NCBI GenBank assembly: GCA_028718605.1
Contig: JAQULM010000003.1
Location: forward strand, 80,971 to 144,970
Direction of reading: 5' to 3'
DNA length: 64,000 bases
DNA from: Patescibacteria group bacterium
GTDB taxonomy: Bacteria; Patescibacteriota; Patescibacteriia; UBA10025; JAHIVO01
Shown here: piece after piece, positions 19,402 to 30,896 of the stretch
Position numbering within the stretch: the first letter of the stretch is position 1
Layout: every line of letters begins with the position of its first letter
Notes under the pieces: generated by a model
Database searches by the model: none
The model's input: the letters and a program-made list of their open reading frames with translations, nothing else
What the model was told of the DNA's origin: nothing
Position numbers and translations under genes: made by a program

Positions 19402-19830
19402 CTACCCCTTTACTTCGATGCCCATGTTGCGGGCTGTGCCCTCAATAATCCGCATCGCTCCCGGGAGGTCCTTCGCGTTCAGATCGGGCATCTTTACCTT
19501 CGCAATTTCCTCAATCTGCTTTTTCGTAACCGTACCGACTTTCTGCTTCAGTGGATCGCCCGATCCTTTCTGGATGCCAGCTGCTTTTTTTAGAAGCTCT
19601 GCCGCGGGCGGCGTCTTCAGGATGAATTTATACGTTCGATCTTCAAAAACAGTAATCTCAACCGGTATAATGCTACCGGCCTTATCTTTTGTCTGTGCAT
19701 TGAACTTGGTGCAGAACTCCTGGATGTTGAGGCCGTGCTGGCCGAGCGCGGGACCAACCGGAGGCGCGGGAGTCGCTTTGCCGCCAGGAAGCTGAAGTTT
19801 CACGATTGTCTTTATTTTTTTCTCTGCCAT
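19402..19830 (-). CDS. rplK: 50S ribosomal protein L11
   Basis: [33 protein letters not shown]. Confidence 0.9.
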   Translation of the reverse strand: MAEKKIKTIVKLQLPGGKATPAPPVGPALGQHGLNIQEFCTKFNAQTKDKAGSIIPVEITVFEDRTYKFILKTPPAAELLKKAAGIQKGSGDPLKQKVGTVTKKQIEEIAKVKMPDLNAKDLPGAMRIIEGTARNMGIEVKG

Positions 19831-19862
19831 ATGACCAACAATGCATTATGACTGCTTATGGA

Positions 19863-20408
19863 TTAAATCTTCTTGATTTGCAGGAAATCCAATTCGATCG
19901 GCGTCTCGCGGCCGAACATCGACACGAGTACCTTCACCTTGCCGCGCGCCTCGTCAACCTCGGAAACCTTGCCCTCGTATTCTTTGAAGGGGCCATCGGT
20001 GATTTTAACCGGCGTTCCCGGCGATACATCGATCTTGTACTTCGGTTCCTCGACGCCCATCCGCTTCTGGATCGCCTTCACTTCCTCTTCGGAAATCGGC
20101 GTCGGTGTCGTCCCCGAGCCAACGAATCCGGTTACGTTCGGCGTATTGCGCACGACGTACCAGGAATCATCCGTCACGATCATCTCGACGAGCACGTAGC
20201 CCGGAAAAATCTTCTCGGTGACGACGCGGCGTTTGCCGTTCTTGATCCTTATTTTCTTTTCAGTCGGGATAAGGACATTAAATATCTTGTCCTGCATATC
20301 CATGGATTCAATGCGCTGGCGCAGATTGCGGAGCACATTCTCTTCATATCCTGAATAGGTGTGGAGCACGTACCACTTGCGCCCCTGCTGTAATGTCTGT
20401 TTTGGCAT
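19863..20408 (-). CDS. nusG: transcription termination/antitermination factor NusG
   Basis: KWYVLHTYSGYE NGN domain plus a C-terminal KOW domain. Confidence 0.9.
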   Translation of the reverse strand: MPKQTLQQGRKWYVLHTYSGYEENVLRNLRQRIESMDMQDKIFNVLIPTEKKIRIKNGKRRVVTEKIFPGYVLVEMIVTDDSWYVVRNTPNVTGFVGSGTTPTPISEEEVKAIQKRMGVEEPKYKIDVSPGTPVKITDGPFKEYEGKVSEVDEARGKVKVLVSMFGRETPIELDFLQIKKI

Positions 20409-20412
20409 ACGT

Positions 20413-20601
20413 TTAACGGTTAATCACCTTCTCGAGAACGATATTCAGCCCATAGTCGAGCGCGCCGAGAAACACCGCCGTGCCGACACTAATGCCGATA
20501 ACGAGCATGGTATACTTCGTCGCCTCTTTGCGCGACGGCCATATCACCTTCTTCAGTTCGTCGCGGGACTCTCGTATGTACGCAGTAATTTTATTTGGCA
20601 T
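20413..20601 (-). CDS. secE: preprotein translocase subunit SecE
   Basis: 62 aa: RESRDELKKVIWPSRKEATKYTMLVIGISV, with a single TM helix. Confidence 0.8.
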   Translation of the reverse strand: MPNKITAYIRESRDELKKVIWPSRKEATKYTMLVIGISVGTAVFLGALDYGLNIVLEKVINR

Positions 20602-20645
20602 AAATTTCTTTGTCTTAAAAACACCCTCGGAAGGGAGCTACTGTC

Positions 20646-20674
20646 AGAATACAATAGCCCTATAAATAAGTCAA
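20646..20674 (-). promoter_or_regulatory. sigma70-like promoter of the secE-nusG-rplK operon (TTGACT-17-TGTATTCT)
   Basis: On the minus strand, TTGACT at 20674-20669 and the extended -10 TGTATTCT ending at 20646. Confidence 0.45.
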
Positions 20675-20692
20675 CTCCATTTTAAAAATGTG

Positions 20693-22771
<2,079 letters not shown>

Positions 22772-22789
22772 CTATTGAATGATAATTGT

Positions 22790-25141
22790 TTATTGTTTTA
22801 ATACCAATCCAAATCGGCTCTTCATTTCCTTGACGATGCGGCTCTCGATCGTATCAACATCCGCTGCCGTCAGAGTGCGGTCTGGGGACTGGTACACGAT
22901 GCGGAACGTAACGCTGTACCGATTATCAGGGCTCTGGAACGGCTGGCCAACGCCATACGCATCGACAACTAATGGGTCTGCGTGCCACAAGTATCCAACG
23001 ACAGCATGATACGAAAGGTTCGGATCGGCATTGAACGTCATGTCGCGGACGATACTGGGGAATTCTGCAAACGGCCGATACGGCACGATACTACGCGCGC
23101 AGGAAGCCAGCGCATCGATATCAAGCTCAAACCATGCCGGTTTGCTGCCGAGTTTGTCTTGAAAGCGCGAAATCCAGCCATAGATGCCGACGCGCTTGCC
23201 ACCAATGTTCACTGCCACAACGGGCACCTCGTGCGAAGTGCTCGTTTCACAATGAACCGACCGCTCATCAATACCGAGTACGCTCATCAGCACCGTGAGC
23301 GAATCCTTTATCTGCGCCATCGCCACGTCCCGTTTTGCCGTGGTTGATTTGTCATATACGATTGCTGAAATAAGCATCCGCTCCCGTGGAGTGGTACGTT
23401 TGCTGAAAACTGCGCCAACTTCGAAGAGGAGAACACGATCACGGGATTGGTAGTTTTTCAGAACGTTCTCGACGAGTTGCGGGATCAATGACGACCGCAA
23501 AATCGCTTGACTCGGATTGAGAGGATTCTTGACACGGTAGTGGTCTGCGAGTTTTAGAGGATGGAGGCCGACTATGTGCTCACTGTGGTACGAATAATTG
23601 AGCGTTTCGGTCATGCCGCACGCAACGAGCGCATCTTCAAGAGCCCGAATGTACCGCCGGTTCTGCACGTTAACGGGCTTGAGCTCAGCGCGCAGCGATA
23701 CGGGCTTCATGCGGTTACAACCATGCATGCGCCCCACCTCTTCGATGACATCCGCTGCTAAAAATATGTCCTGCCGCCATTCCGGCGCCGTGACAGCGAG
23801 CGTGCCGGATTTTTGCTCGAGGACAGCGAACCCAAGCCGCTGCAGATAGCCCGTGATTTCCCGGGATTGGAATGTGTGCCCGATGAGCGCACTGATTTCA
23901 TCCACGGTGACTTTAACGGCAGGATTATGGCGCTGTACCCCCTTCGTTGCAACAATACTCCCTGTAGCGACCTCGCCATGCGCCAGCTCAGCCATGAGTT
24001 CGGCTGCCTTATCCACGGCGCGCTCAGGCAAACCCCACCAAATGCCTTTTTCAAACCGTGTAGACGCTTCGGTGATAATGCCAAGCTTTTGGCGCGTCTT
24101 CCTGACTGAAAGCGGCTTGAATATCGCCGACTCGATCACAATGTCCTTCGTCTGTTTCGTAATCTCCGAGTTCCTGCCGCCCATCACGCCCGCAACGGCA
24201 ATCGGCTGTTGTGCGTCACAGATCATCAGCATTCCAGGAGCGAGCGTGCGCGCCTCGCCATCCAGCGTTATAAACTCCGTCTGCTTGCTTGCTGCGCGGA
24301 CGACAACCGTCTTTCCCCGGACCAACGAATAATCAAAGGCATGCAACGGCTGGCCGTATTCCAGCATGACGTAATTCGTGATGTCGACAATAGTATTAAT
24401 CGGCTTAACGCCGGCGGCACGCAATCGCGACTGCATCCAGTATGGCGACGGCGCAACGTGCACGTTGCGGACAACGCGGGCAGTGTACTTGGGGCACAGC
24501 GTATAATCCCGAACCTGCACTTTCAGCTGCTTCGTAATAGCAAATTTCTTGCTCTCGGGTACGCGTATTTTCGGTTCAATAAATTTCTGGCCTGTCAACG
24601 CGGCTATCTCGCGGGCGAGCCCAATTACAGACAAACAGTCCGGCCGATTCGGCGACACCGTAACATCCAATGTTACATCAAAAAGCTTGAGTGCCTGGGC
24701 AAACGGCGCCCCAACCCTCACGTCCTCCCCAAGAATCAGGATGCCACTGTGGTCGTCGCCGAGCCCGAGCTCGTCCTCGGCGCACAGCATGCCCTCAGAA
24801 TCAACACCGCGGATCCTACGCGCTTCAATTTTCATGCCCGACGGCAAGGCAGCACCAACGAGCGCGACCGGCACTTTCTGCTCCGGCTTGATATTCTTTG
24901 CCCCACATACAATCGTCAATAACCGCGAACGCTTCACGTCAACTTTGCATACGACGAGCTTATCAGCGCCAGGATGTGAAACGATAGTTTTAATCTGGCC
25001 GACAATTACTTTTTCCAATCCCTCGCCGTGGCGCTCGATTTTTTCGACCTCAAATCCGCCCAACGTCAAAACTTCGGCAATTTGCTCGGGCGTCTGCTTG
25101 AATTTAACGTAATCTTTGAGCCAATGAAGCGAAAGAATCAT
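22790..25141 (-). CDS. pheT: phenylalanyl-tRNA synthetase beta subunit
   Basis: MILSLHWLKDYV..., with B3/B4, B5, core and FDX-ACB domains. 783 aa. Confidence 0.9.
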   Translation of the reverse strand: MILSLHWLKDYVKFKQTPEQIAEVLTLGGFEVEKIERHGEGLEKVIVGQIKTIVSHPGADKLVVCKVDVKRSRLLTIVCGAKNIKPEQKVPVALVGAALPSGMKIEARRIRGVDSEGMLCAEDELGLGDDHSGILILGEDVRVGAPFAQALKLFDVTLDVTVSPNRPDCLSVIGLAREIAALTGQKFIEPKIRVPESKKFAITKQLKVQVRDYTLCPKYTARVVRNVHVAPSPYWMQSRLRAAGVKPINTIVDITNYVMLEYGQPLHAFDYSLVRGKTVVVRAASKQTEFITLDGEARTLAPGMLMICDAQQPIAVAGVMGGRNSEITKQTKDIVIESAIFKPLSVRKTRQKLGIITEASTRFEKGIWWGLPERAVDKAAELMAELAHGEVATGSIVATKGVQRHNPAVKVTVDEISALIGHTFQSREITGYLQRLGFAVLEQKSGTLAVTAPEWRQDIFLAADVIEEVGRMHGCNRMKPVSLRAELKPVNVQNRRYIRALEDALVACGMTETLNYSYHSEHIVGLHPLKLADHYRVKNPLNPSQAILRSSLIPQLVENVLKNYQSRDRVLLFEVGAVFSKRTTPRERMLISAIVYDKSTTAKRDVAMAQIKDSLTVLMSVLGIDERSVHCETSTSHEVPVVAVNIGGKRVGIYGWISRFQDKLGSKPAWFELDIDALASCARSIVPYRPFAEFPSIVRDMTFNADPNLSYHAVVGYLWHADPLVVDAYGVGQPFQSPDNRYSVTFRIVYQSPDRTLTAADVDTIESRIVKEMKSRFGLVLKQ

Positions 25142-25142
25142 A

Positions 25143-26141
25143 TTACTTTATTCGACATAATACTTTAGCGTAACTCTGACTGCCATTCTGGTAAAATTTA
25201 ATAATCCGAAATCCATTATCATTGAGAAGGAATTTTAAATCGTCTGGATAATATTTCTCTGAAAAGTACAGAAGGATACGCTCTCCCCTTTTATAAACGA
25301 TGTCCTGACCAGCATAATGTGCGGTCGCGTTCCGCCGGAATCGAAAGTAGAGATCAACGCGGTTGAGTCGCGGGTAGTGCGGATCACGATTGAATTCAAC
25401 ATCGATAGCGCCATCCGACTTCCGAATGCCCGCTTTCTTTAATGGGCTGTATGCAAAATCTTTTGATGCGCGATTACTGTAGCTCCTAATAATTTTCCGG
25501 ATATCCTCCTTGGTCTCCCGTGATCGCTCCTTACGAATTGAAACGCCAATAAGGATAAAATCATTATGATCAAGGCTCTTGCGTAAAATATTCAAGAGAT
25601 ACACCTGATTGAAATTTCCCATCGTATTTCCCAATAAGCTGAAGAAGTTTCGATCCTTCCTGAATGTTTGAGATCGAACAATCTCATCAAGAATCTTAAA
25701 ATCAGTTACAAACGCTGTCGTCGGGATATTATGGAAATGGGAAAAAACGTAGTTTAAACCCGCTTTTATCATGTCAGTGCTAATATCAATCGGGTAGTAT
25801 GATATCTTCCGTGAATATCGATACAAATGGCGCAAGATAATCCCGTCCTTTTCCCCATTACCGATACCGAGGCTGATATAATTTAATTTTGGGCCACCGA
25901 CGTGTTTCGCGACATCAGCCCCAGCCTGCTTAAGAAGCGATACCCCTTGTGGATATGTCTTGTATTCCGATGCAAGGCAAAATTTCAACCAGCTCTGTGT
26001 CGGTTCTTCACCCCAGTAAGAAAATTTCGAAACAATCTCGCGGTTCTTCAGGCAATCGAGGAATTCTCGCTGGAGTTGATCATTGCTCTCGCGGATATTA
26101 ACATACACATTCGCTAAAAACTTTGGCAGCTGTTTCTTCAT
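25143..26141 (-). CDS. EgtD-like SAM-dependent methyltransferase (histidine-specific methyltransferase / Methyltransf_33-like)
   Basis: LGIGNGEKD matches the EgtD LGSGTSEKT motif. YYPIDIS matches the EgtD IPFDVD motif. SLLGNTMGNF matches the EgtD FLGSTIGNL motif. The gene is clearly more AT-rich than its neighbours. It sits between pheS and pheT with a 7-nt gap upstream and a 1-nt gap downstream. Confidence 0.55.
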   Translation of the reverse strand: MKKQLPKFLANVYVNIRESNDQLQREFLDCLKNREIVSKFSYWGEEPTQSWLKFCLASEYKTYPQGVSLLKQAGADVAKHVGGPKLNYISLGIGNGEKDGIILRHLYRYSRKISYYPIDISTDMIKAGLNYVFSHFHNIPTTAFVTDFKILDEIVRSQTFRKDRNFFSLLGNTMGNFNQVYLLNILRKSLDHNDFILIGVSIRKERSRETKEDIRKIIRSYSNRASKDFAYSPLKKAGIRKSDGAIDVEFNRDPHYPRLNRVDLYFRFRRNATAHYAGQDIVYKRGERILLYFSEKYYPDDLKFLLNDNGFRIIKFYQNGSQSYAKVLCRIK

Positions 26142-26148
26142 AGGATCC

Positions 26149-27156
26149 TCAAAACTGCTCTAAAAACCTGAGATCGCCGCTATATAATAAGCGGATGTCA
26201 TTGACGCCGTGGCGGAGCATCATCAGGCGGTCCATGCCGATACCAAACGCAAAACCACTGTACTCCCGCGGATCAACGCCCATATTGCGGAGTACCGTCG
26301 GGTGCACCGTGCCCGCTCCGAGGAGCTCGACCCATCCAGTCTGCTTGCAGACTGAGCAACCGGTGCCGCCGCACAGCTGGCACTGCATATCAACTTCGTA
26401 ACCTGGTTCAACGAACGGGAAGAATGACGGTCGGAAACGAATCTCAACGCTGCGCTGAAATACCGCCCGCAGAAAATCTTTCAAGGTTGCCATGAGATTC
26501 GCAGCAGAAACCCCGCGGTCGATCACGAGTCCTTCCAGGTGGTAAAACATTGTATCATGCCCGGGATCCGTTGCTTCATGGCGAAATACGCGCCCCGGTA
26601 CAATCAACCGGACCGGCGGTTTCCGTTTTTCCATCGCACGAAGCTGCACCGGAGACGTGTGCGTGCGAAGAAGCAGCTCGCCCTCAATGTAGAACGTGTC
26701 CCATTCATCGCGTGCAGGATGGTCTTTCGGGATATTCAGCAGGTCAAAATTATACTTCGGCGATTCAAGTTCCGGGCCTGTGACGACCTCAAAACCCATG
26801 GAACAGAAAATATCTTCAGCAATCCGAATTTGCTGCGTCACGGGATGCAAATGTCCGAGACCGCGCGCTGAACCGGGCCAGGTCGATTCCAGGACAGACG
26901 CATTTTCGAGCGGGCGCTGTACTTCCTCCCGGCGTTCGTCCATGGCCAAAACAATATCCCGTTTCGCTCTATTTGCCAGCTGGCCGACTGCTCGGCGTTC
27001 GTCGACGGGCAAATCCTGGAGCTGGCGGAGCACCCGTGTCAGTGCGCCTTTGCGCCCGAGGTACCGGACACTCAAACCACGCAGTTCCTCAATAGTTTCT
27101 GCTTGTTGCACCTTGATGAGTGCTTCTTGCCGTATTTTTTCAACCGTCTCGCCCAT
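26149..27156 (-). CDS. pheS: phenylalanyl-tRNA synthetase alpha subunit
   Basis: Class II motifs 1-3 (FRPSFFPFVEPG, GAGTVHP). 335 aa. Confidence 0.9.
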   Translation of the reverse strand: MGETVEKIRQEALIKVQQAETIEELRGLSVRYLGRKGALTRVLRQLQDLPVDERRAVGQLANRAKRDIVLAMDERREEVQRPLENASVLESTWPGSARGLGHLHPVTQQIRIAEDIFCSMGFEVVTGPELESPKYNFDLLNIPKDHPARDEWDTFYIEGELLLRTHTSPVQLRAMEKRKPPVRLIVPGRVFRHEATDPGHDTMFYHLEGLVIDRGVSAANLMATLKDFLRAVFQRSVEIRFRPSFFPFVEPGYEVDMQCQLCGGTGCSVCKQTGWVELLGAGTVHPTVLRNMGVDPREYSGFAFGIGMDRLMMLRHGVNDIRLLYSGDLRFLEQF

Positions 27157-27161
27157 AGTTG

Positions 27162-27548
27162 CTATTGCCGATGGATTACTTTGCGTGAAATGAAGAAAAA
27201 CTCAAGAAGCGTCAGGAGCATGATGAAAAATAGCAAACTCCACCACTTTAAATACCCGGTACCCTGCAAGAGCAGCGAACCGACGAGAAGCACGGAAAAC
27301 CATACGGATTGCCGTGTCGACACACCCAGGTGCCGGAAAATCACCTGTTCGCGCGAAAACCACACCCTGCCGAAAAAACCAACCAGGGAAAAAGTCCCGA
27401 CCAGGGCAACCAAAAGGCTTATGTAAAACAAAGAATAACCGACCATCCCTGAATCATCGGGGTTGATGTAAAACAGCACGACGAGCCACGCTACCCACGA
27501 GAGCAGCGTCGCAGATGTCATGATAAGGAGGTACTTTTTGAGTGACAT
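27162..27548 (-). CDS. hypothetical 4-TM membrane protein
   Basis: 128 aa with four hydrophobic helices. Its stop is 5 nt before the pheS start. Confidence 0.5.
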   Translation of the reverse strand: MSLKKYLLIMTSATLLSWVAWLVVLFYINPDDSGMVGYSLFYISLLVALVGTFSLVGFFGRVWFSREQVIFRHLGVSTRQSVWFSVLLVGSLLLQGTGYLKWWSLLFFIMLLTLLEFFFISRKVIHRQ

Positions 27549-27654
27549 AAGGTACTAAAAAACAAGGGAAAAACCTACCTTGATAGTAGCATATTTTGGG
27601 GCGTCCTGCAAGGATTTTTATTTGTATATTTTTTGGCTAATGTTAGCTCTGAAA

Positions 27655-27948
27655 TCACACTAAAAATCGCAACCGTTCTACCCTGTTTTTACCCACCTTT
27701 TTTTCGAGTTTTTCAATAAGTTCCCGCTCCTTCAATTTCAGTTCTTGGCCGACCGCGGAGCTCATAACGGCAAGCGTTAGCGTACGGTTTTTCACGTACA
27801 GCGCCTTTACCTTGCCGCTAATTTGCGTGCCAAAAAGCTCCTCCATGATCCGGTTGAACTCGTTGCACACCACGGCTGCATTCACCTGATCGGCAATCCC
27901 CGCTTTTTGCAGGGAGCTCTGCAAAATGTCTTTGATTGAAGTAACCAT
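27655..27948 (-). CDS. DUF721 / DciA-like protein
   Basis: VKALYVKNRTLTLAVMSSAVGQELKLKERELIEKL matches the DUF721 signature (VxVxVxSSAWxQEL). The start was chosen at MVTSIKD. No clear RBS. Confidence 0.45.
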   Translation of the reverse strand: MVTSIKDILQSSLQKAGIADQVNAAVVCNEFNRIMEELFGTQISGKVKALYVKNRTLTLAVMSSAVGQELKLKERELIEKLEKKVGKNRVERLRFLV

Positions 27949-27991
27949 ACAATTACTGTATACCCAAAATCGGTAAAAGTAAAAACGGAAG

Positions 27992-28678
27992 TTACCAGTA
28001 CGCTTGCGGATCGAGCCAATCACCAAACGCTGCCTCTGTACTGACGTATCCTTTGTAGTTAACGCCTGTTCCTTTGTGTATTGACAAGTGCAAATGCTTA
28101 CGCTCACCGTCTGTCTGAGTGCTATACCCTTTCCCAAGATTGCCGATTAAATCACCCTGATTCAATGTATCGCCGACTGAAACAGCTATGTTATCTATGT
28201 TCAGATGGCCGTACAAGACTGTCACCTTCTCGCCGTTTAAAACGCAGTCTTGCACGAGCACGCCGCCGTATCCACTCACCCACTGCTTTACTCGAACCTT
28301 GCCAGTGCATGCCGCTGCAACCCGCACGTCAATATTTTCTTCACCGGGCAAAATCTCAAAATCTACCCCTGTGTGGTAACCAGAAAACTTCTCCGGCTGT
28401 ACCGGAGACGTCGCGGGTATGATATGCATGCTGAACGTTTTTTTGGTAATGCGGTCGGCTGGACGGTCAAGCGGCGCGGTCAGCTCTTTCACCGGCGTTG
28501 GCACATTGGCAATTGAATTACTATTCGTGCCGATCTCAACACGAATATTGTCACTCATGCGTTGGTTGGTGGCGGCCCCGCCAGTTGAAGCGGTGTCCAC
28601 CGAGCCTGAAGTACAGCCGCTCACGGCAAATGCACAGCACATCCCAGCGAGAATCACGATGGCGGAGCGTTGTTTCAT
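27992..28678 (-). CDS. M23 family metallopeptidase lipoprotein
   Basis: Lipobox AVSGC. GYHTGVDF and the HLHLS LytM motifs. Confidence 0.8.
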   Translation of the reverse strand: MKQRSAIVILAGMCCAFAVSGCTSGSVDTASTGGAATNQRMSDNIRVEIGTNSNSIANVPTPVKELTAPLDRPADRITKKTFSMHIIPATSPVQPEKFSGYHTGVDFEILPGEENIDVRVAAACTGKVRVKQWVSGYGGVLVQDCVLNGEKVTVLYGHLNIDNIAVSVGDTLNQGDLIGNLGKGYSTQTDGERKHLHLSIHKGTGVNYKGYVSTEAAFGDWLDPQAYW

Positions 28679-28740
28679 ATCACCATCGTACCGCCCCGGT
28701 TACCGCAGTGCAAGAGCCACGGCTCCAAGAACTGGAAATA

Positions 28741-28790
28741 AAACCTGCTCCGCGGGTACGGACCCACGCAGCAGGTTCGGTGTCAAGCAC
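28741..28790 (-). terminator. rho-independent terminator
   Basis: Minus-strand AACCUGCUGCGUGGGUCCGUACCCGCGGAGCAGGUU followed by UUAUUUCC. Confidence 0.5.
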
Positions 28791-28869
28791 GGCATCAAAC
28801 ACAAATGCAAAATGAAAACCAGCACAGTCCTCCAGGTGTGCCGGTCATTCTTTGGAACGATAACGATGT

Positions 28870-29469
28870 TCAATTCGAGCCGCTCTGTGGCTTGGTAGCC
28901 ACCACGGAGAGGCATAGGATTGGCGCCAAGGCGTCAATGAGGACCTGTATCTGGCCGCCCTCATGTGCCGTCTCAGTGCCGGCTGTCTGTATTTTCTTGA
29001 CCATGAGCGCCGTCAACTGCTGCAGGACGAGGGAAGAATCCTCGCACGCTGCACACCGTTCGGCCATCATCTGTATGCCGGTACGCTGGTTAGCCTCGAA
29101 TACCCGACTTGCCTTCTCCCGTTCGTCCCTATCCGGATACAGTTCCTCGGACAGCAGCGCGTTGAAATCATCCATGGTCAGCGCGATGCCCGACAGCATC
29201 GAGGTGCAGAAGAAGTACTCGGCGAGATCGCGCCGAAGTTTTTCTTCCTCAATAGGATTGCCGTCAGGCCACGTCGTATGGCACATCTCCGCAAACCATT
29301 GCTCAAGGCTCTGTGTCGCGCCATACTGGATATCCGGAGAGATAACCATGCCCTCGATCTTATCATCTCCGGCAATCAGTGCAGCGCAGAAACGGCTGAA
29401 CGCCTTCACCAATGACCAATGGGCATACGCTGACATTTGCGCTGCCAACTGCTCAGTAAGTTGATCCAT
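28870..29469 (-). CDS. hypothetical protein
   Basis: ~200-aa ORF with coding-like composition. No motif recognised. The start is MDQLTEQ or the earlier GTG. Confidence 0.45.
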   Translation of the reverse strand: MDQLTEQLAAQMSAYAHWSLVKAFSRFCAALIAGDDKIEGMVISPDIQYGATQSLEQWFAEMCHTTWPDGNPIEEEKLRRDLAEYFFCTSMLSGIALTMDDFNALLSEELYPDRDEREKASRVFEANQRTGIQMMAERCAACEDSSLVLQQLTALMVKKIQTAGTETAHEGGQIQVLIDALAPILCLSVVATKPQSGSN

Positions 29470-29700
29470 TACCCTCACTCCTCTTCTGTATGTATCGGTT
29501 CAATTTACTCTTTTTACTTCGTTTGTGTTAGTGGGTCACGCTATCACAATCTCCACATCATGTCAATGCGTGCACCAAACGCAAAATCCCCAAAAAGGTT
29601 TCGGGGAAGGTTTATGCCTCCAATCTATTGCACCTATAGATAAAAATCAAGCAGTAACCAATCCGTAAAGCAGTCCGCGATTTAATCCATTTGTGAATGA

Positions 29701-30345
29701 TTATTCCTCCTGTAACCGAATTTCTTTTTCCCGAACAACATTCACGTACTTCCTGCGTGCATTATCAAAATCATACAACCCGATTTTTATCGTAGAAAAT
29801 TCCAGCTCCATTTTCTGTAGCCGCTGGAGGTACGGCTTCAGTTTTTTTATCGTTTCCGCAGCTGCTTGCCCAGGCACTTCCCCAAGCGTGATGTGCGGAT
29901 GAAAAAGCGACAGCACGTGCTGGCTGCCGTACCGCTCAATGTACTGGCGTTCTTGCCGGTTGAGCGCGCCGTTTGCGATCAAGCGTTGGTCTTTGTCTCG
30001 TATCAACGTGCCGCGGAGCACGTTCGCTGGCCGGAGCACCTGCTGGTGGAGTTTCAGTATCTGCGGCGTTCGACCGACAGCCAGCGACAAAAATGCGTTG
30101 CCGTTTTTATTGTGCCAGACATTTATCTTCTGGATACGCAAACAGACGGCGTTCAATTCTAATGCACCAAGCTGGCGCACCAGCCCAGCATAGTTACCGG
30201 CATGAAACCTGCCCTGGTACAGCGTCAGGTGCGGCGCAAAGGGATAATAGCGAGGATATTCAATCCCAGCTTTCTTAATAGCCGCTACAATAACCTCTGA
30301 CGCAGCTTTCGAAACATCGAGATGTATGCCGATGACTTTTTCCAT
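29701..30345 (-). CDS. 2H phosphoesterase superfamily protein (LigT/ThpR-like 2',3'-cyclic phosphodiesterase)
   Basis: Two H-x-T-x motifs, PHLTLYQG and HPHITLGEV, about 100 residues apart. Confidence 0.6.
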   Translation of the reverse strand: MEKVIGIHLDVSKAASEVIVAAIKKAGIEYPRYYPFAPHLTLYQGRFHAGNYAGLVRQLGALELNAVCLRIQKINVWHNKNGNAFLSLAVGRTPQILKLHQQVLRPANVLRGTLIRDKDQRLIANGALNRQERQYIERYGSQHVLSLFHPHITLGEVPGQAAAETIKKLKPYLQRLQKMELEFSTIKIGLYDFDNARRKYVNVVREKEIRLQEE

Positions 30346-30363
30346 TCTTTTTATACTTCCAGC

Positions 30364-30741
30364 TTACATTGCATTCAGATAATCGGTGGCTTTGCGCCTG
30401 TCTATCATTCGGTGTGCTTGCTTCATTTCATCGGGCGTATAGATGTACGTAATCTTGAATTTGCCCGACGTCGTTTGTTTTACATTGTCATGGACAATCT
30501 GGATTATTTCCACCAGTCCCCAATAGAGCCATTTTCCATTAATGTTTTAGACAAGGAAAGTGCGAACAGGTGATTGCTGGTACATCCGAATCCCCGACTT
30601 GTCTTTGAATTCAAAAATCGTGCCCTCAAAGCGCTCAGCTCTCAACAGCTTTGCTGTATGTTTTTTATAATCCAACGCCGCGGGAAAGCCTTGCGCCGTG
30701 GTAATTTGCAAGGTGTCATTCAGTTCGATAATACTGCCCAT
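30364..30741 (-). pseudogene. single reading frame interrupted by an in-frame TAA (64-aa ORF + stop + 56 further in-frame codons): a disrupted gene or two tiny coupled genes
   Basis: ...SPVRTFLV*NINGKWLYWGLVEIIQIVHDNVKQTTSGKFKITYIYTPDEMKQAHRMIDRRKATDYLNAM*. The downstream part keeps a coding-like composition and ends 18 nt before the 2H phosphoesterase RBS. Confidence 0.3.
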
Positions 30742-30833
30742 AGTGGAAAGTAATATAAGGTCATTAAAATAAATAATCCTCTTTGACTTTTAATTTGTTT
30801 AAAAAATGTTTCGGATTTCGTCCATCCTCCGAA

Positions 30834-30846
30834 GCAGAACTTCTGC
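30834..30846. promoter_or_regulatory. perfect 6-1-6 palindrome GCAGAA-C-TTCTGC in the intergenic region (candidate operator)
   Basis: Located between the PP2C-like gene stop and the small ORF. A nearby GGGGGTCACCCCC hairpin lies at 30877-30889. Confidence 0.25.
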
Positions 30847-30896
30847 GGTGGGCTGGTGCTTCGAATTTCATGTGGTGTGGGGGTCACCCCCTCCAC

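Noticed and set aside
20602-20692. A tRNA-Trp gene was expected upstream of secE, as in many bacteria
   Set aside because: Only a promoter (TTGACT-17-TGTATTCT) and a short leader are present. No cloverleaf can be drawn.
28679-28869. Possible riboswitch (e.g. c-di-AMP type) upstream of the M23 peptidase gene
   Set aside because: The only strong structure is a hairpin plus U-tract. It is best read as the terminator of the upstream gene. No riboswitch consensus was recognised.
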